64,000 nt of DNA from NCBI GenBank assembly GCA_002070375.1, contig MWDD01000001.1, forward strand, positions 17,425-81,424, written 5' to 3'. Within the stretch, counting starts at the first letter, position 1. Each line of letters opens with the position of its first letter. Of this stretch, positions 18,175-28,756 are shown piece by piece. The position numbers and the translations under genes are program-made. This DNA is from a bacterium ADurb.Bin157. Its GTDB lineage: Bacteria; Muiribacteriota; Ozemobacteria; Ozemobacterales; Ozemobacteraceae. Under the pieces are notes generated by a model that saw only the letters and a program-made list of their open reading frames with translations, was not told the origin of the DNA and ran no database searches.

Positions 18175-20760
18175 ATGACGGTTAACAATCTTGAAACATT
18201 AAAAAGCACAATCGAAAAAGTTCGCGCGGCACAGAAAATTTTTTCAAATTATTCACAAGAACAGGTTGATGAAATATTTCGACAAGCCGCTATGGCTGCC
18301 AACAATAACAGAATTAAACTTGCTAAAGCCGCTTATGAAGAAACAGGTATGGGAATTGTTGAAGATAAAGTTATAAAAAATCACTTTGCTTCAGAATATA
18401 TTTATAATCAATACAAAGACGATAAAACCTGTGGGGTAATCGAATACGACAAATCATTCGGCATTACTAAAATAGCCGAGCCGATAGGTGTAATTGCCGC
18501 TGTCGTCCCAACAACAAACCCGACATCCACTGCAATCTTTAAAGCGTTATTAACTTTAAAAACCCGAAACGGGATCATTTTTTCTCCTCATCCAAGAGCG
18601 AAAAACTGCACAATCGAAGCCGCCCGAATAGTATATCAGGCAGCTCTTAAAGCCGGAGCGCCCGAGAACATAATTGCCTGGATAGATGAGCCAAGTGTTG
18701 AACTGTCTCAAAGTGTGATGCGCGAAACGGATTTAACTTTAGCAACGGGCGGTCCGGGAATGGTAAAAGCAGCTTATTCATCAGGCAAACCGGCTATCGG
18801 AGTCGGAGCCGGTAATACACCGGCAATAATTGATGAAACAGCACACATTAAAATGGCTGTAAACTCAATTTTACTTTCAAAAAGTTTTGATAATGGAGTC
18901 ATTTGCGCATCTGAACAATCGGTAATCGTTTTAGATGAAATATATGATTCCGTCAGAGACGAATTCATTGCCAGAGGAGCATATGTTTTAAAAGAAGATG
19001 AAATTGACTCTGTAAGACAAATAATTTTAATCAATGGAAAACTTAACGCAAACATCGTTGGGCAGAGTGCTGCGAAAATAGCAGAAATGGCAGGGATACA
19101 AGTTTCCCAAGATACTAAAATTTTAATTGGAGAAGTGGACTCAGTCGAATTGTCTGAACCTTTTGCACACGAGAAACTTTCCCCTGTGCTTGCTATGTAT
19201 AGAGCTCAATCTTTTGATGAAGCCGTAAATATGGCTGAAACTTTGGTTGAGCATGGCGGGTTTGGGCACACATCTGTTCTTTACACCGACCAAAACACCT
19301 CTAAAGATCGAATAGCACAGTTTAGCGCAAGAATGAAAACAGGGCGCGTAATTTTGAATATGCCTTCTTCACAAGGTGCTATCGGCGACATTTACAATTT
19401 CAAACTGGCTCCTTCGTTAACATTAGGGTGCGGATCGTGGGGAGGAAACAGTATTTCTGAGAATGTGGGGGTTAAACATTTGCTCAATATAAAGACGGTA
19501 GCAGAAAGAAGAGAAAATATGTTGTGGTTCAGAGTGCCTGAAAGAGTATATTTCAAATACGGGTGCTTAAGCATTGCCATTGATGAATTAAAGGATTTGG
19601 GCAAGAAACGTGCTTTCATTGTAACCGACAAATTCTTATTCGATAAAGGATTTGTAGATAAAATTACGCATGTTTTAGAAAGCAACGGAATAGATATTAA
19701 AATTTTCACGGGAGTTGAACCTGACCCGACTTTAGCTGTTGCAAGACGAGGTGTCCAGGAAATGATTTCATTTGAGCCTGACACAATAATTGCATTAGGT
19801 GGCGGCTCACCCATGGATGCTGCGAAAATTATGTGGGTAATGTATGAACATCCTGAAGTAAGATTTGAAGATTTGGCAATGCGATTTATGGATATCAGAA
19901 AACGTGTTTATAAGTTTCCGACGTTAGGTAAAAAAGCCATGATGGTTGCTATACCGACTTCAGCCGGTACCGGTTCTGAAGTAACCCCATTTGCGGTTAT
20001 AACCGATGAAACAACCGGTGTCAAATACCCATTAGCAGATTATGAGCTGACTCCTGATATGGCTATTATAGATGCAGAGCTTATGTCAGATATGCCAAAA
20101 GGTCTTACAGCAGCGTCAGGCATAGATGCTTTGGTTCATGCCATTGAAGCTTACGTATCTGTTTTGGCATCTGAGTTTTCAAACGGAATGGCTCTTGAAG
20201 CCATTAGGCTTGTTTTTAAATATTTACCTCAGGCTTATTCAGAAGGCAGTGCAAACTTCAAAGCGCGAGAAAAAATGGCACATGCTGCGTCAATGGCCGG
20301 AATGGCGTTTGCGAATGCATTCTTAGGAGTCTGCCACTCCATGGCTCATAAACTGGGTGCTCATCATCACCTTCCACACGGGCTGGCAAATGCACTTTTA
20401 ATAAATGAAGTTATTAAGTTTAACGCTGTTGACAACCCGCGCAAACAAACAGCATTCCCTCAATACAAATATCCGAATGCACAATGGAGATATGCAAGAA
20501 TAGCTGATTATTTAAGACTTGGTGGAAACACCGATGAAGAAAAAGTAGACCTCTTAATCGAAGCTATTAATAAATTAAAAAATGTGGTTAATATACCATC
20601 AAGCATCAAAGATGCAGGAATTTCTGAAGTTAAATTCTTTGCCGGGTTAGATGAAATGAGTGAAGAAGCATTTGACGATCAATGCACCGGGGCAAACCCC
20701 AGATATCCGCTGATAAGCGAAATCAAACAAATGTATATAAATGCATTTGAAGGTAAATAG
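18175..20760 (+). CDS. adhE: bifunctional acetaldehyde-CoA / alcohol dehydrogenase AdhE
   Basis: 861 aa. N-terminal aldehyde dehydrogenase domain and C-terminal Fe-ADH domain (GGGSPMDAAK, HxxxH metal site). GAAAGGA ribosome-binding site. Confidence 0.95.
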   Translation: MTVNNLETLKSTIEKVRAAQKIFSNYSQEQVDEIFRQAAMAANNNRIKLAKAAYEETGMGIVEDKVIKNHFASEYIYNQYKDDKTCGVIEYDKSFGITKIAEPIGVIAAVVPTTNPTSTAIFKALLTLKTRNGIIFSPHPRAKNCTIEAARIVYQAALKAGAPENIIAWIDEPSVELSQSVMRETDLTLATGGPGMVKAAYSSGKPAIGVGAGNTPAIIDETAHIKMAVNSILLSKSFDNGVICASEQSVIVLDEIYDSVRDEFIARGAYVLKEDEIDSVRQIILINGKLNANIVGQSAAKIAEMAGIQVSQDTKILIGEVDSVELSEPFAHEKLSPVLAMYRAQSFDEAVNMAETLVEHGGFGHTSVLYTDQNTSKDRIAQFSARMKTGRVILNMPSSQGAIGDIYNFKLAPSLTLGCGSWGGNSISENVGVKHLLNIKTVAERRENMLWFRVPERVYFKYGCLSIAIDELKDLGKKRAFIVTDKFLFDKGFVDKITHVLESNGIDIKIFTGVEPDPTLAVARRGVQEMISFEPDTIIALGGGSPMDAAKIMWVMYEHPEVRFEDLAMRFMDIRKRVYKFPTLGKKAMMVAIPTSAGTGSEVTPFAVITDETTGVKYPLADYELTPDMAIIDAELMSDMPKGLTAASGIDALVHAIEAYVSVLASEFSNGMALEAIRLVFKYLPQAYSEGSANFKAREKMAHAASMAGMAFANAFLGVCHSMAHKLGAHHHLPHGLANALLINEVIKFNAVDNPRKQTAFPQYKYPNAQWRYARIADYLRLGGNTDEEKVDLLIEAINKLKNVVNIPSSIKDAGISEVKFFAGLDEMSEEAFDDQCTGANPRYPLISEIKQMYINAFEGK

Positions 20761-20787
20761 CTTTCATTCGAGCTCCTCTCTAATTTT

Positions 20788-21468
20788 TCATCGGTCGGAC
20801 TCACTTTCGAGACCGGCCGATTTTTTATCTAATATCATATTTATCTTGCTGTATATGCCATTAATTTCATCGATTGCTTCATGCCCCGAGCATCTGCGAA
20901 ATTTGTCGCCCGTTAAATTTGCATTTAATACGGCGTTTATCTCTTCATAAGGATAAATTATGTCTTTTAGGAAAACTCTTTTATAATACATTCCCAAGAA
21001 AAACATTCCGGCGGCCCAAAATACGACAAACCACGAACCGGCAACAGCAAACTTTTTACTTACTTTGTCAGCTGTATTAATCGCCTTTCTGTTTATCTCT
21101 GATAATGAACTGATTTTTTCTACCGTTTTCTCTAAAGCTTCGATATCACCGTTCAAAGCATATTTATAGTAGACTCTTATTTGTTCAATCAACTCACCCT
21201 CATTTTCCTCAGTTATATTTTCAGAAGCCATTTCTAAAAGTTTTTCAAAATCATTGCTTGTGTTATTATTTTCATCTTTGAAATTGCTAACTTTAATCAG
21301 CAGAACAAACATTTTTTCGCAAATTCCAATAGAGCGGTCATTTTTATGTATTATATTTTGAACGGCAGGCGCCATTCTTGAAAGAGACCAAATGCAAGCG
21401 ATAGCCATGAGCAAATTTAAAAAAATGAAAAATGTCATTCTGATTCTTACGGTCTGAGCAATAACCAT
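20788..21468 (-). CDS. two-TM membrane protein of unknown function, co-transcribed with ktrAB
   Basis: 226 aa. TM at about 10-30 and about 137-160 with a roughly 105-aa loop between. Start codon is 1 nt after the ktrA stop. Confidence 0.5.
   Translation of the reverse strand: MVIAQTVRIRMTFFIFLNLLMAIACIWSLSRMAPAVQNIIHKNDRSIGICEKMFVLLIKVSNFKDENNNTSNDFEKLLEMASENITEENEGELIEQIRVYYKYALNGDIEALEKTVEKISSLSEINRKAINTADKVSKKFAVAGSWFVVFWAAGMFFLGMYYKRVFLKDIIYPYEEINAVLNANLTGDKFRRCSGHEAIDEINGIYSKINMILDKKSAGLESESDR
20790..20826 (+). terminator. rho-independent terminator downstream of adhE (likely bidirectional)
   Basis: ATCGGTCGG-N14-CCGGCCGAT hairpin followed by TTTTTT. Overlaps the 3' end of the convergent membrane-protein ORF. 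Confidence 0.6.
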
Positions 21469-21469
21469 C

Positions 21470-22129
21470 TCAAACTCCCTTTAACAATTTTCTTATTGAA
21501 GCCTCATTTGATACGATGACAATACTTTCGTTTTCTTTCAATGGAACATTCGGTAAGGGCTGTATAATTTTGTTGTTACTTTTATCTCTGATTCCGGCAA
21601 CAATTACGCCAAACTTTTTGGGCAACTCCAACTCAATGAGAGTTTTTCCAATCATTGAAGGCTGAACGCTTATTTCAGTAATACTGAGATCCTCAGATAT
21701 ATTTGTGTCAGCAATTACATCGCTATATAAGAGCTTATTTGCAAATTTAACCCCAAATTCTTGTTCAGGGTTTATAATCTGATGGGCCCCCACTAATTTC
21801 AATATTCTCTGGTGCATTGTAGTATTGGCTCTGGCAACAACTTTTTTTGAACCCATTTGCCTAAGTAATGCCGTGCAAATAATCGATGATTCTCGGGATT
21901 CTTCACCAATTGCACAGACCGAAATATCTCTTTTCCCGGGTGCAAGTTCAGCCAATTCAAGTTCATCTGTTGCATCAGCCCAAATAGCCTCTGTCGCGAA
22001 CTTTGCCGCTTCTTCAACCAAAGCCTTTTTATTGTCAACCGCAAGCACCTCTGCTTTATTTGCAGCCAGAGAACGCGCAAGTGACATTCCAAAATGCCCA
22101 AGGCCTATCACAATAATCTGTTGAGTCAT
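21470..22129 (-). CDS. ktrA: K+ uptake system NAD-binding subunit KtrA/TrkA (RCK_N + RCK_C)
   Basis: 219 aa. IIGLGHFG Rossmann motif and TrkA-C domain. Confidence 0.85.
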   Translation of the reverse strand: MTQQIIVIGLGHFGMSLARSLAANKAEVLAVDNKKALVEEAAKFATEAIWADATDELELAELAPGKRDISVCAIGEESRESSIICTALLRQMGSKKVVARANTTMHQRILKLVGAHQIINPEQEFGVKFANKLLYSDVIADTNISEDLSITEISVQPSMIGKTLIELELPKKFGVIVAGIRDKSNNKIIQPLPNVPLKENESIVIVSNEASIRKLLKGV

Positions 22130-22138
22130 ATTTCCCCC

Positions 22139-23593
22139 TCAGCTGAGCAAAATTTTTGCTTCAAGATGATTTATTCGAGTTGATTGTCTATTATTGCTTA
22201 ACAACATAAAAAGAGTCAGAGGTCCGACCCTACCTGAATACATAATGAACGCCACTATAATTTTTCCGAGAGAATCCAGTTGTGACGTTCCGCCAATCGA
22301 AAGACCAACAGTAGCAATAGCCGATATTACTTCAAAAATTATCGCCTTAAGACTAATATCTTGAGTCACCTCAAGCATAAAAACTCCCGCAAAAACCATG
22401 ATTAGGCCGGCAAAAACTATTGTAACTGCCTTGTAAACTATTTCATACCCGATTTTTCTGTTTTGTAAAATTATGTTTGAACGGCCTGTAATATTCGCCC
22501 AAAATGTTAAAAACAACAATGCAAGTGTTGTTGTTTTTATTCCCCCTGCCGTACCTCCGGGGTTGCCTCCTACAAACATAGCAAATAACATTATTAAGTA
22601 AGTAATACTCGAGATCCCTGAAAAATCTACAGAGTTAAAGCCGGCTGTTCGGAGCGTTACGGATTGGAATATTGCGTTGTGAAATTTATCGGCCACAGAA
22701 AGGTATTCCATGGATTTTTCCCACTCAAAAACAAGTATAAAAAATGCGCAACCGAAAATCAACACAAGGGTGGTCACAATCGGCAACCAATGCATTAGCT
22801 CTATTTTTTTACCCATTATCCATTTTGGAATTATTAAAGTTGTAGCAGGCGCAAGGCCGCCCAATACAATCAGTATGGCAACAGTATAAAGCACACAAGG
22901 GGAAGTTTGAAAACTAATAAGACTGTCATACTGCAAAGAAAAACCCGCATTACAAAAAGCAGAAACTGCCGTAAACAATCCACGCCAGATAGCGTCTTTA
23001 TATTTTAAACCCGAATCAATGAAAAGCAACGATAAAACAATAGCACCGATACCTTCAATCAGTATTGTTGTCTTCAATATCAAGCTTAATGAGCATAAAA
23101 TATCCTTATGATTTGTTTCTGTAAGGTTTTTTAATAAAACTTCCTCTTTTAAGCTAAACCTGTAACCTACTATTGCCAAAGCAACTGTTGTGATTGTCAT
23201 AATCCCAAGACCGCCGAGCTGTATGAGCAATAATATAAAAAATTGTCCGTAACTTGTAAAAACGCTAGGCGTATCCAGTGTTATCAACCCTGTCACACAA
23301 GAGGCGCTAACGGCTGTAAACAGTGCATCAGAAAAAGTTATGCCGTTATAAGTAGCAATCGGCGACAAGAGCAGCAAAGTGCCCATAAGTCCAAGTAAAA
23401 AAAAGGTTGAAAGGATAACAAAAGCAGGGTTTCCGACAAACAAAAACAATAAATTTTTATTTATATGTTTATGATATTTAATGCTTTTATAAAGTCTGCG
23501 AAAACCTAATTTTCTGTCTTTACTTATAAAATATAACCAAAACACAGTAACAATAACCAACAATACAAAAATCGGATAATCTAATATATTCAT
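22139..23593 (-). CDS. ktrB: K+ transporter membrane subunit (TrkH/KtrB family)
   Basis: 484 aa, polytopic. Repeated GLS/GLT selectivity-filter-like segments typical of TrkH/KtrB. Confidence 0.8.
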   Translation of the reverse strand: MNILDYPIFVLLVIVTVFWLYFISKDRKLGFRRLYKSIKYHKHINKNLLFLFVGNPAFVILSTFFLLGLMGTLLLLSPIATYNGITFSDALFTAVSASCVTGLITLDTPSVFTSYGQFFILLLIQLGGLGIMTITTVALAIVGYRFSLKEEVLLKNLTETNHKDILCSLSLILKTTILIEGIGAIVLSLLFIDSGLKYKDAIWRGLFTAVSAFCNAGFSLQYDSLISFQTSPCVLYTVAILIVLGGLAPATTLIIPKWIMGKKIELMHWLPIVTTLVLIFGCAFFILVFEWEKSMEYLSVADKFHNAIFQSVTLRTAGFNSVDFSGISSITYLIMLFAMFVGGNPGGTAGGIKTTTLALLFLTFWANITGRSNIILQNRKIGYEIVYKAVTIVFAGLIMVFAGVFMLEVTQDISLKAIIFEVISAIATVGLSIGGTSQLDSLGKIIVAFIMYSGRVGPLTLFMLLSNNRQSTRINHLEAKILLS

Positions 23594-24318
23594 CTTTTTA
23601 GGTGTAAAGATATTTGGTCTTTGAATTTTGTTACTCCGCCATTGGCGGGATGTCTGACCTTATTATGCTCTATACCGGCTTTAGTCAGGCATAAAGAAGC
23701 TTTTTCGCCCACAGCGATTATTTTTTGCGGAGAAAACATATCAATAATTTTAAGAAGAATCGGCAACCCTGCACTTAGCTCAAACTCGGTCGGAGTTCGG
23801 TTTGAAAGCAAGCCTTTGGCATCAGAATAGGGATGCCAAGGAAAAGCATTCCATATCAAGAATGTATATGGAGATATACCGGAGTTAAGCAAATGCTGCC
23901 AAACCACCGTTGCCGTAGGCTCATTAAACCCGTCTTTTTTGATTTCGCACTTACTTGTTCTGCAAGGCATCATATTTTTAAACACATGCTCAGGGAGTAT
24001 TCCTTTGTGTGAAAGAGACCCAAGCAACATGCGTTCGGAAGTCATAGCAATTCCGCTGAAATGACCGCCTTGGTATCCCAAGGCTTCGCCAACCAGCAAG
24101 ATTTCAACTTTATCAATTCTTTCAGACAAATAAGTCTTAAGTTGATGTTGTCTGATTTCATAAGAATTTGAGTAATCGTCATTTTCTAAATCATTTTGCC
24201 ACCAAGGATTAAAAACGTTATCCGTGGGTGTATCACGTAACAAATCAATAAAATCATCCATATTGTATACGAGCTTTTTCATAGGGCAAATACTAATACA
24301 AAATAAGCAAAAAAACAA
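23590..24318 (-). CDS. uracil-DNA glycosylase superfamily protein (family 4/5-like)
   Basis: 242 aa. LLVGEALGYQGG motif (GEAPG-like) and C-terminal HPANGG motif. 4-nt ATGA overlap with the ktrB start. Start codon uncertain (an internal Met at 24282 is possible). Confidence 0.55.
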   Translation of the reverse strand: MFFCLFCISICPMKKLVYNMDDFIDLLRDTPTDNVFNPWWQNDLENDDYSNSYEIRQHQLKTYLSERIDKVEILLVGEALGYQGGHFSGIAMTSERMLLGSLSHKGILPEHVFKNMMPCRTSKCEIKKDGFNEPTATVVWQHLLNSGISPYTFLIWNAFPWHPYSDAKGLLSNRTPTEFELSAGLPILLKIIDMFSPQKIIAVGEKASLCLTKAGIEHNKVRHPANGGVTKFKDQISLHLKR

Positions 24319-24395
24319 AACTAATTTTTTGTTGGCATTTTGCCGATATTACAAGTGAATAATATGCTTCAAAGAAAAACAAATAGGAGCAGGGC

Positions 24396-25472
24396 ATGCA
24401 GGTAAACAAATATTTCACAAACATATTTATCATTTTAACATTATTCCTGTCATTTAACACTTATAACACTTGTTATGCACAGGCTTCAGTCAGAATTAAA
24501 GATATTTCGGCCCTAAGCGGCAACCGAGAATATCAGATTATAGGCTATGGACTTGTTACCGGGTTAAACGGAACCGGAGACAAGAGCGAAATGAGCCTCG
24601 AAATGATAAAAGGCATGTTTCGTAATTTAGGGATGGAATTATCTGATTCTCAAGTTGCATCAAAAAACTCCGCAGCCGTAATAGTGACTTCAATGTTGCC
24701 GGGCTATGGAAGGCCCGGCGAATTTATAGACGTAACAATAAGTTCTATCGGCGACGCTAAAAGCTTACAAGGCGGCGTCTTATTGCCAACCATGCTTAAA
24801 GCTAACGACGGAAACATTTATGCGGTCGCACAAGGTGCGGTATCTGTAGGTGGATTTGAAAGCGGCTCAAGCGGCTCTGCCAAAGGGGTCCAAAAAAATC
24901 ATTTAACAGTAGGCTACATTTCGAAAGGAGCGACTGTTGAAAGAGGAGTTGACGACAAGTTTGCAAAATCAGGTAAATTCAGTATTTTGCTTCAAGAGAA
25001 AGATTTAATTCTTTCCAGAAAAGTTAAAGAGGCTATTGATCAACGCTACGGAATGGGCTGGGCCGCTATAACCAACCCGGGCCAAATAGAAGTCACAATT
25101 CCTAGGGGGTTATCTGACGACCCGGTTAGTTTTGCCGCAAACATCGAAAACCTTACACTAAAAATTGAAGAACCAAACAGAGTTGTAATTAATGAGCGTA
25201 CCGGAACTGTAATAGTTGGAAACAATGTTAGAATAAGTAAGACAGCGATATCACATAACGGGATAAAAATTGCGGTCGGAGATGATAACAAACAAAACGG
25301 AGACAAAAAGAATGCCGTCCAAGGCACTTTGATTGGAGTTGAAGCCGAAACGACTGTTGACGATCTGGTTACAGCTCTAAATGCTGTCGGAGCGACCCCT
25401 AAGGACTTAATTGCTATTTTTCAGGCTCTGAACGCCGCAGGAGCTCTGCACGGGGAACTGAAGCTCATGTAA
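24396..25472 (+). CDS. flgI: flagellar P-ring protein FlgI
   Basis: 358 aa. Signal peptide then RIKDISALSGNREYQIIGYGLVTGLNGTGD, a canonical FlgI N-terminus. Confidence 0.9.
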   Translation: MQVNKYFTNIFIILTLFLSFNTYNTCYAQASVRIKDISALSGNREYQIIGYGLVTGLNGTGDKSEMSLEMIKGMFRNLGMELSDSQVASKNSAAVIVTSMLPGYGRPGEFIDVTISSIGDAKSLQGGVLLPTMLKANDGNIYAVAQGAVSVGGFESGSSGSAKGVQKNHLTVGYISKGATVERGVDDKFAKSGKFSILLQEKDLILSRKVKEAIDQRYGMGWAAITNPGQIEVTIPRGLSDDPVSFAANIENLTLKIEEPNRVVINERTGTVIVGNNVRISKTAISHNGIKIAVGDDNKQNGDKKNAVQGTLIGVEAETTVDDLVTALNAVGATPKDLIAIFQALNAAGALHGELKLM

Positions 25473-25492
25473 AATAGCCGACAACGACTCTG

Positions 25493-25858
25493 TCAACCGC
25501 CCCAAGTTGATTCAGAACATCCGTGAATACTACATTCAACCTTTATTCCATCGTCGTCCCAGGTTGCTTTTTCAATAAACCTAAAAACCCCCGCAGAAGG
25601 ACAAATAGGTACCCTTTCATTGCTAAGCAGATATTTTAGATCTTCTACATTTTTTGGATGCGTCTTCTGTTCTATTGCATAAAGGTCAGCAGTTCTGGAA
25701 AGAAGAGCACTAAACTCAAAGCATTTGGTTTGTTTTGCCCTATCGCGCGATTGCTTGAATGAAGGCATTGCCATGGCAGCCAGAATACCGATGATTGCAA
25801 TAACTATCATTATTTCGATCAGAGTGAAACCGAGTTTATAAAATCTTTTGTTTTTCAT
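25493..25858 (-). CDS. prepilin-type N-terminal cleavage/methylation domain protein (type IV pilin/pseudopilin)
   Basis: 121 aa. GFTLIEIMIVIAIIGILAAMAMP class III signal sequence. Confidence 0.75.
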   Translation of the reverse strand: MKNKRFYKLGFTLIEIMIVIAIIGILAAMAMPSFKQSRDRAKQTKCFEFSALLSRTADLYAIEQKTHPKNVEDLKYLLSNERVPICPSAGVFRFIEKATWDDDGIKVECSIHGCSESTWGG

Positions 25859-25974
25859 AAGAAGATTTTACCATAAAAAAAATCTTTTGCAAATAAAAAA
25901 GAAGAAATAGTGGTTTAATAAAAAACATTTTGCAAATTACAGATTTTTAGATTAAACTGTAAAAAGAAAAAGAT

Positions 25975-26898
25975 ATGGTGCAAAAAATGACAAATAAAAA
26001 AATATTTCTGTGTGTTGTTATTCTTTTAACCGCTACCCTTACAGGTTGTGTACCCGATAAATTTCAATTTGAGAAAGAAATTTGTGAATCGGGTTCTAAT
26101 AGTGGACAATTACTCGGCGGAACCGACATTGATCTGACAAAAGAAGGGTTCATTGTAGTTGCTGATTCCGGGAATAAGCGCTTTCAAGTAATTAGCCCCG
26201 AAGGAACACCTGTATTAACCGGCGGTGACGATAAAAGCGTGCACGAAAACTACAAACTGGGAAGTTTAACCGGAATAGGTGTAGACAAAGTCACAAACGA
26301 TATTTGGGTTTGTGACCAAAGAGAAAACAAAATAATCAGATTTGACAGCAACGGCAAGCCTAATCTAAGAGTGACAAAAAATGTAAGGCGCCCAATGGAT
26401 GTTGCCATAGGCAAAGATGGCTCGGCTTACGTCATAATGTCGAAGAAATCTACTATTTTTAAATACGACAAAAACGGCAAGTTTCTTGAAGCAATTGGCG
26501 GAACAGGTAAAGGCTCCATGATTTACCCAACCACAATTACTGTTTCAAATGATTTTATATACATCACCGACTACGCCGGAAAGCGAATTCTAAAACTGGA
26601 CATTATGGGTGAGTTTATCGCCGAATTTTGCTCAAAAGGCGAACAGGAACCTCTAATGGGGCCTTCTTGCCTTCATACTGACAATGATGGCAATATGTAT
26701 GTATTAGACCTCGGAGAAATCCCCATAGTGATCTTGTCTCCCGACGGAAAACTAATTTCTAAGATCGGAGAATTTGGAGAAGGAAAAGGGCAGTTTTTGT
26801 ATCCTACCGGTATTTTGGCTAATTCAAACGAAGACATTTATGTGTTGGACAACACAAAAAACACTATTTTGAACTTTAAAAAGAAACCGGATAAATAA
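25975..26898 (+). CDS. NHL-repeat lipoprotein
   Basis: 307 aa. Lipobox LTGC, six NHL-type blades (e.g. FIVVADSGNKRFQVI). Confidence 0.7.
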   Translation: MVQKMTNKKIFLCVVILLTATLTGCVPDKFQFEKEICESGSNSGQLLGGTDIDLTKEGFIVVADSGNKRFQVISPEGTPVLTGGDDKSVHENYKLGSLTGIGVDKVTNDIWVCDQRENKIIRFDSNGKPNLRVTKNVRRPMDVAIGKDGSAYVIMSKKSTIFKYDKNGKFLEAIGGTGKGSMIYPTTITVSNDFIYITDYAGKRILKLDIMGEFIAEFCSKGEQEPLMGPSCLHTDNDGNMYVLDLGEIPIVILSPDGKLISKIGEFGEGKGQFLYPTGILANSNEDIYVLDNTKNTILNFKKKPDK

Positions 26899-26904
26899 CT
26901 TTTC

Positions 26905-27933
26905 TTGTTTGGCGTGAAGACATTTAAATACTTTCTGATTCTTTTATTTGCAGCTTATATCGGCTTATTGAGTTTTACTTTAAGCGCATATTTTTGGATA
27001 AAAGAAATGTCTGAACCGGTTAATTCGGGACAAAAGCATGAAGTCTTGATTGAATCGGGAGCAAACACAAGAAAAATAGCTTCGCTTCTTAAAAATAAAA
27101 ATACAATCAAAAGCGCCTTGCTCTTTAGAATTTACATTAAATTTTTATCAGTGGACAACCGGCTCAGGCCGGGATTATATGCATTCAGCGGCAAAGAAAC
27201 CATTAACGAAGTTATACAGCTTCTCTTGCGCGGCAACGAAAAAACTATCTCTGTAACTGTTCCGGAAGGCGTAACCAATAAAAGAATAGCCTCAATAATG
27301 CATGATTCCGAAATTTGCAGCATCAATGATTTTATTGAAGCAACAATGAACCCATCAATAACCGGTCGAGTTTTCTCGAGCTGGGAATACATTCCCGAAA
27401 TGGAAGGCCTTCTTTTTCCTGACACCTATTATTTTCGAAAAAACACTCCGGCTGAAGTAGTTGTTGAACGCATGCTACGCATGACTAAGCACCAAATCGA
27501 CAAAATTTTTACCAAACCTCTTCCCGGGGGCTTAAGTCAATATGAGGGATGCATTCTCGCTTCAATAATAGAAGAAGAGGCCGCCCTAGACAAAGAACGC
27601 GATTTGATAGCTTCGGTATTCTATAACAGATTAGCTAAAAATCAAAAGCTTGAGTCTTGCGCAACTGTACTATATGCGTTAGGTGGTCACAAAAGCCGAA
27701 TCCTTTACGAAGATTTAAAAGTTAAATCTCCATATAATACATACCTAAATACAGGATTGCCTCCGACTCCCATATCAAATTTCGGAACTTCCGCACTACA
27801 GGCCGTAGCAAATCCTGCCAAAACAGACTACTTATATTTTGTTTCTGATAATGCGCGAGGGCACCTTTTTTCTAAAACTATAAATGAGCACAATAAAAAT
27901 CGTCATCTCTATTTTAAAAAAAGGAAAAACTGA
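26905..27933 (+). CDS. mltG: endolytic murein transglycosylase MltG (YceG family)
   Basis: 342 aa. N-terminal TM, LRPGLYAF, EEEAALDKERDLIASVFYNRL, SPYNTYLNTGLPPTPI. TTG start. Confidence 0.8.
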   Translation: MFGVKTFKYFLILLFAAYIGLLSFTLSAYFWIKEMSEPVNSGQKHEVLIESGANTRKIASLLKNKNTIKSALLFRIYIKFLSVDNRLRPGLYAFSGKETINEVIQLLLRGNEKTISVTVPEGVTNKRIASIMHDSEICSINDFIEATMNPSITGRVFSSWEYIPEMEGLLFPDTYYFRKNTPAEVVVERMLRMTKHQIDKIFTKPLPGGLSQYEGCILASIIEEEAALDKERDLIASVFYNRLAKNQKLESCATVLYALGGHKSRILYEDLKVKSPYNTYLNTGLPPTPISNFGTSALQAVANPAKTDYLYFVSDNARGHLFSKTINEHNKNRHLYFKKRKN

Positions 27934-27934
27934 C

Positions 27935-28756
27935 TTGAAAAAAAAAACAATTTTACTTTACACCTTATTTTTTCTTATTATTAACTACGAATTATGTGCA
28001 TCGAACAATAGAATAATAACCTTGGCTCCCTCTCAAACAGAATTAGTTTATGCAATGGGCTTGGGCGAACAAATTGTTGGCGTATCTGATTACAGTGATT
28101 ACCCTAAAGATGCCTTAAATAAAACGAAAATAGGAGACATTGAGTTAAAAGTTGAACTGATCCTTTCGTTATCACCGACAATAATTATTGATGTTAATTC
28201 AATGCGAAAAAGTTACGAGCCACTTTTTAGACGATTAAATTTAAACTACGTAAATTATAACATTTCCGAAATGGAAGACATAGCTTCAATGGCCCTTGAG
28301 ATTGGTAAATGCCTCAAAGAAGAAGAGAAGGCCAATAAATTCGCCTCGAAATGGTTAAGTGAAGTGCAAGCATTAAACTTGAAAAAACCGGAAGTTCCCT
28401 TTACTTTTTACGCAGAAATTTGGGGAACCCCCATGCAGGCTGCAGGCAATAAAAGCTTCATCAGCAAAATCATTGAACGATCCGGCGGAAAAAACATCTT
28501 TAACAGCAAAATTGAATATCCCGTAATTAACAAGGAGTCTGTAGTCAGCCTTAATCCAAACGTTGTTTTTCTTTTTTATCCTATAAAAGAAGAGGAAATT
28601 CTTAACGTAAAAAACAGACCTGCCTGGAAACACATCTCTGCAAGCAAAAACAATAACATCTATGCGCTTGATCAAGATCTTTTTGTAAGACCCGGCCCAA
28701 GAAACTTAGACGGTTTAAAAATAATCAATAAAATATTAAATAAGGCTATTAAATGA
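27935..28756 (+). CDS. ABC-transporter periplasmic binding protein, BtuF/FhuD-like (cobalamin or siderophore binding)
   Basis: IITLAPSQTELVYAMGLGEQIVGVSDYSDYP is the cluster-A-II BtuF motif. Likely TTG start at 27935 directly after the mltG stop with an AGGA ribosome-binding site. The ORF track's 27884 start would overlap mltG by 50 nt. Confidence 0.65.
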   Translation: MKKKTILLYTLFFLIINYELCASNNRIITLAPSQTELVYAMGLGEQIVGVSDYSDYPKDALNKTKIGDIELKVELILSLSPTIIIDVNSMRKSYEPLFRRLNLNYVNYNISEMEDIASMALEIGKCLKEEEKANKFASKWLSEVQALNLKKPEVPFTFYAEIWGTPMQAAGNKSFISKIIERSGGKNIFNSKIEYPVINKESVVSLNPNVVFLFYPIKEEEILNVKNRPAWKHISASKNNNIYALDQDLFVRPGPRNLDGLKIINKILNKAIK

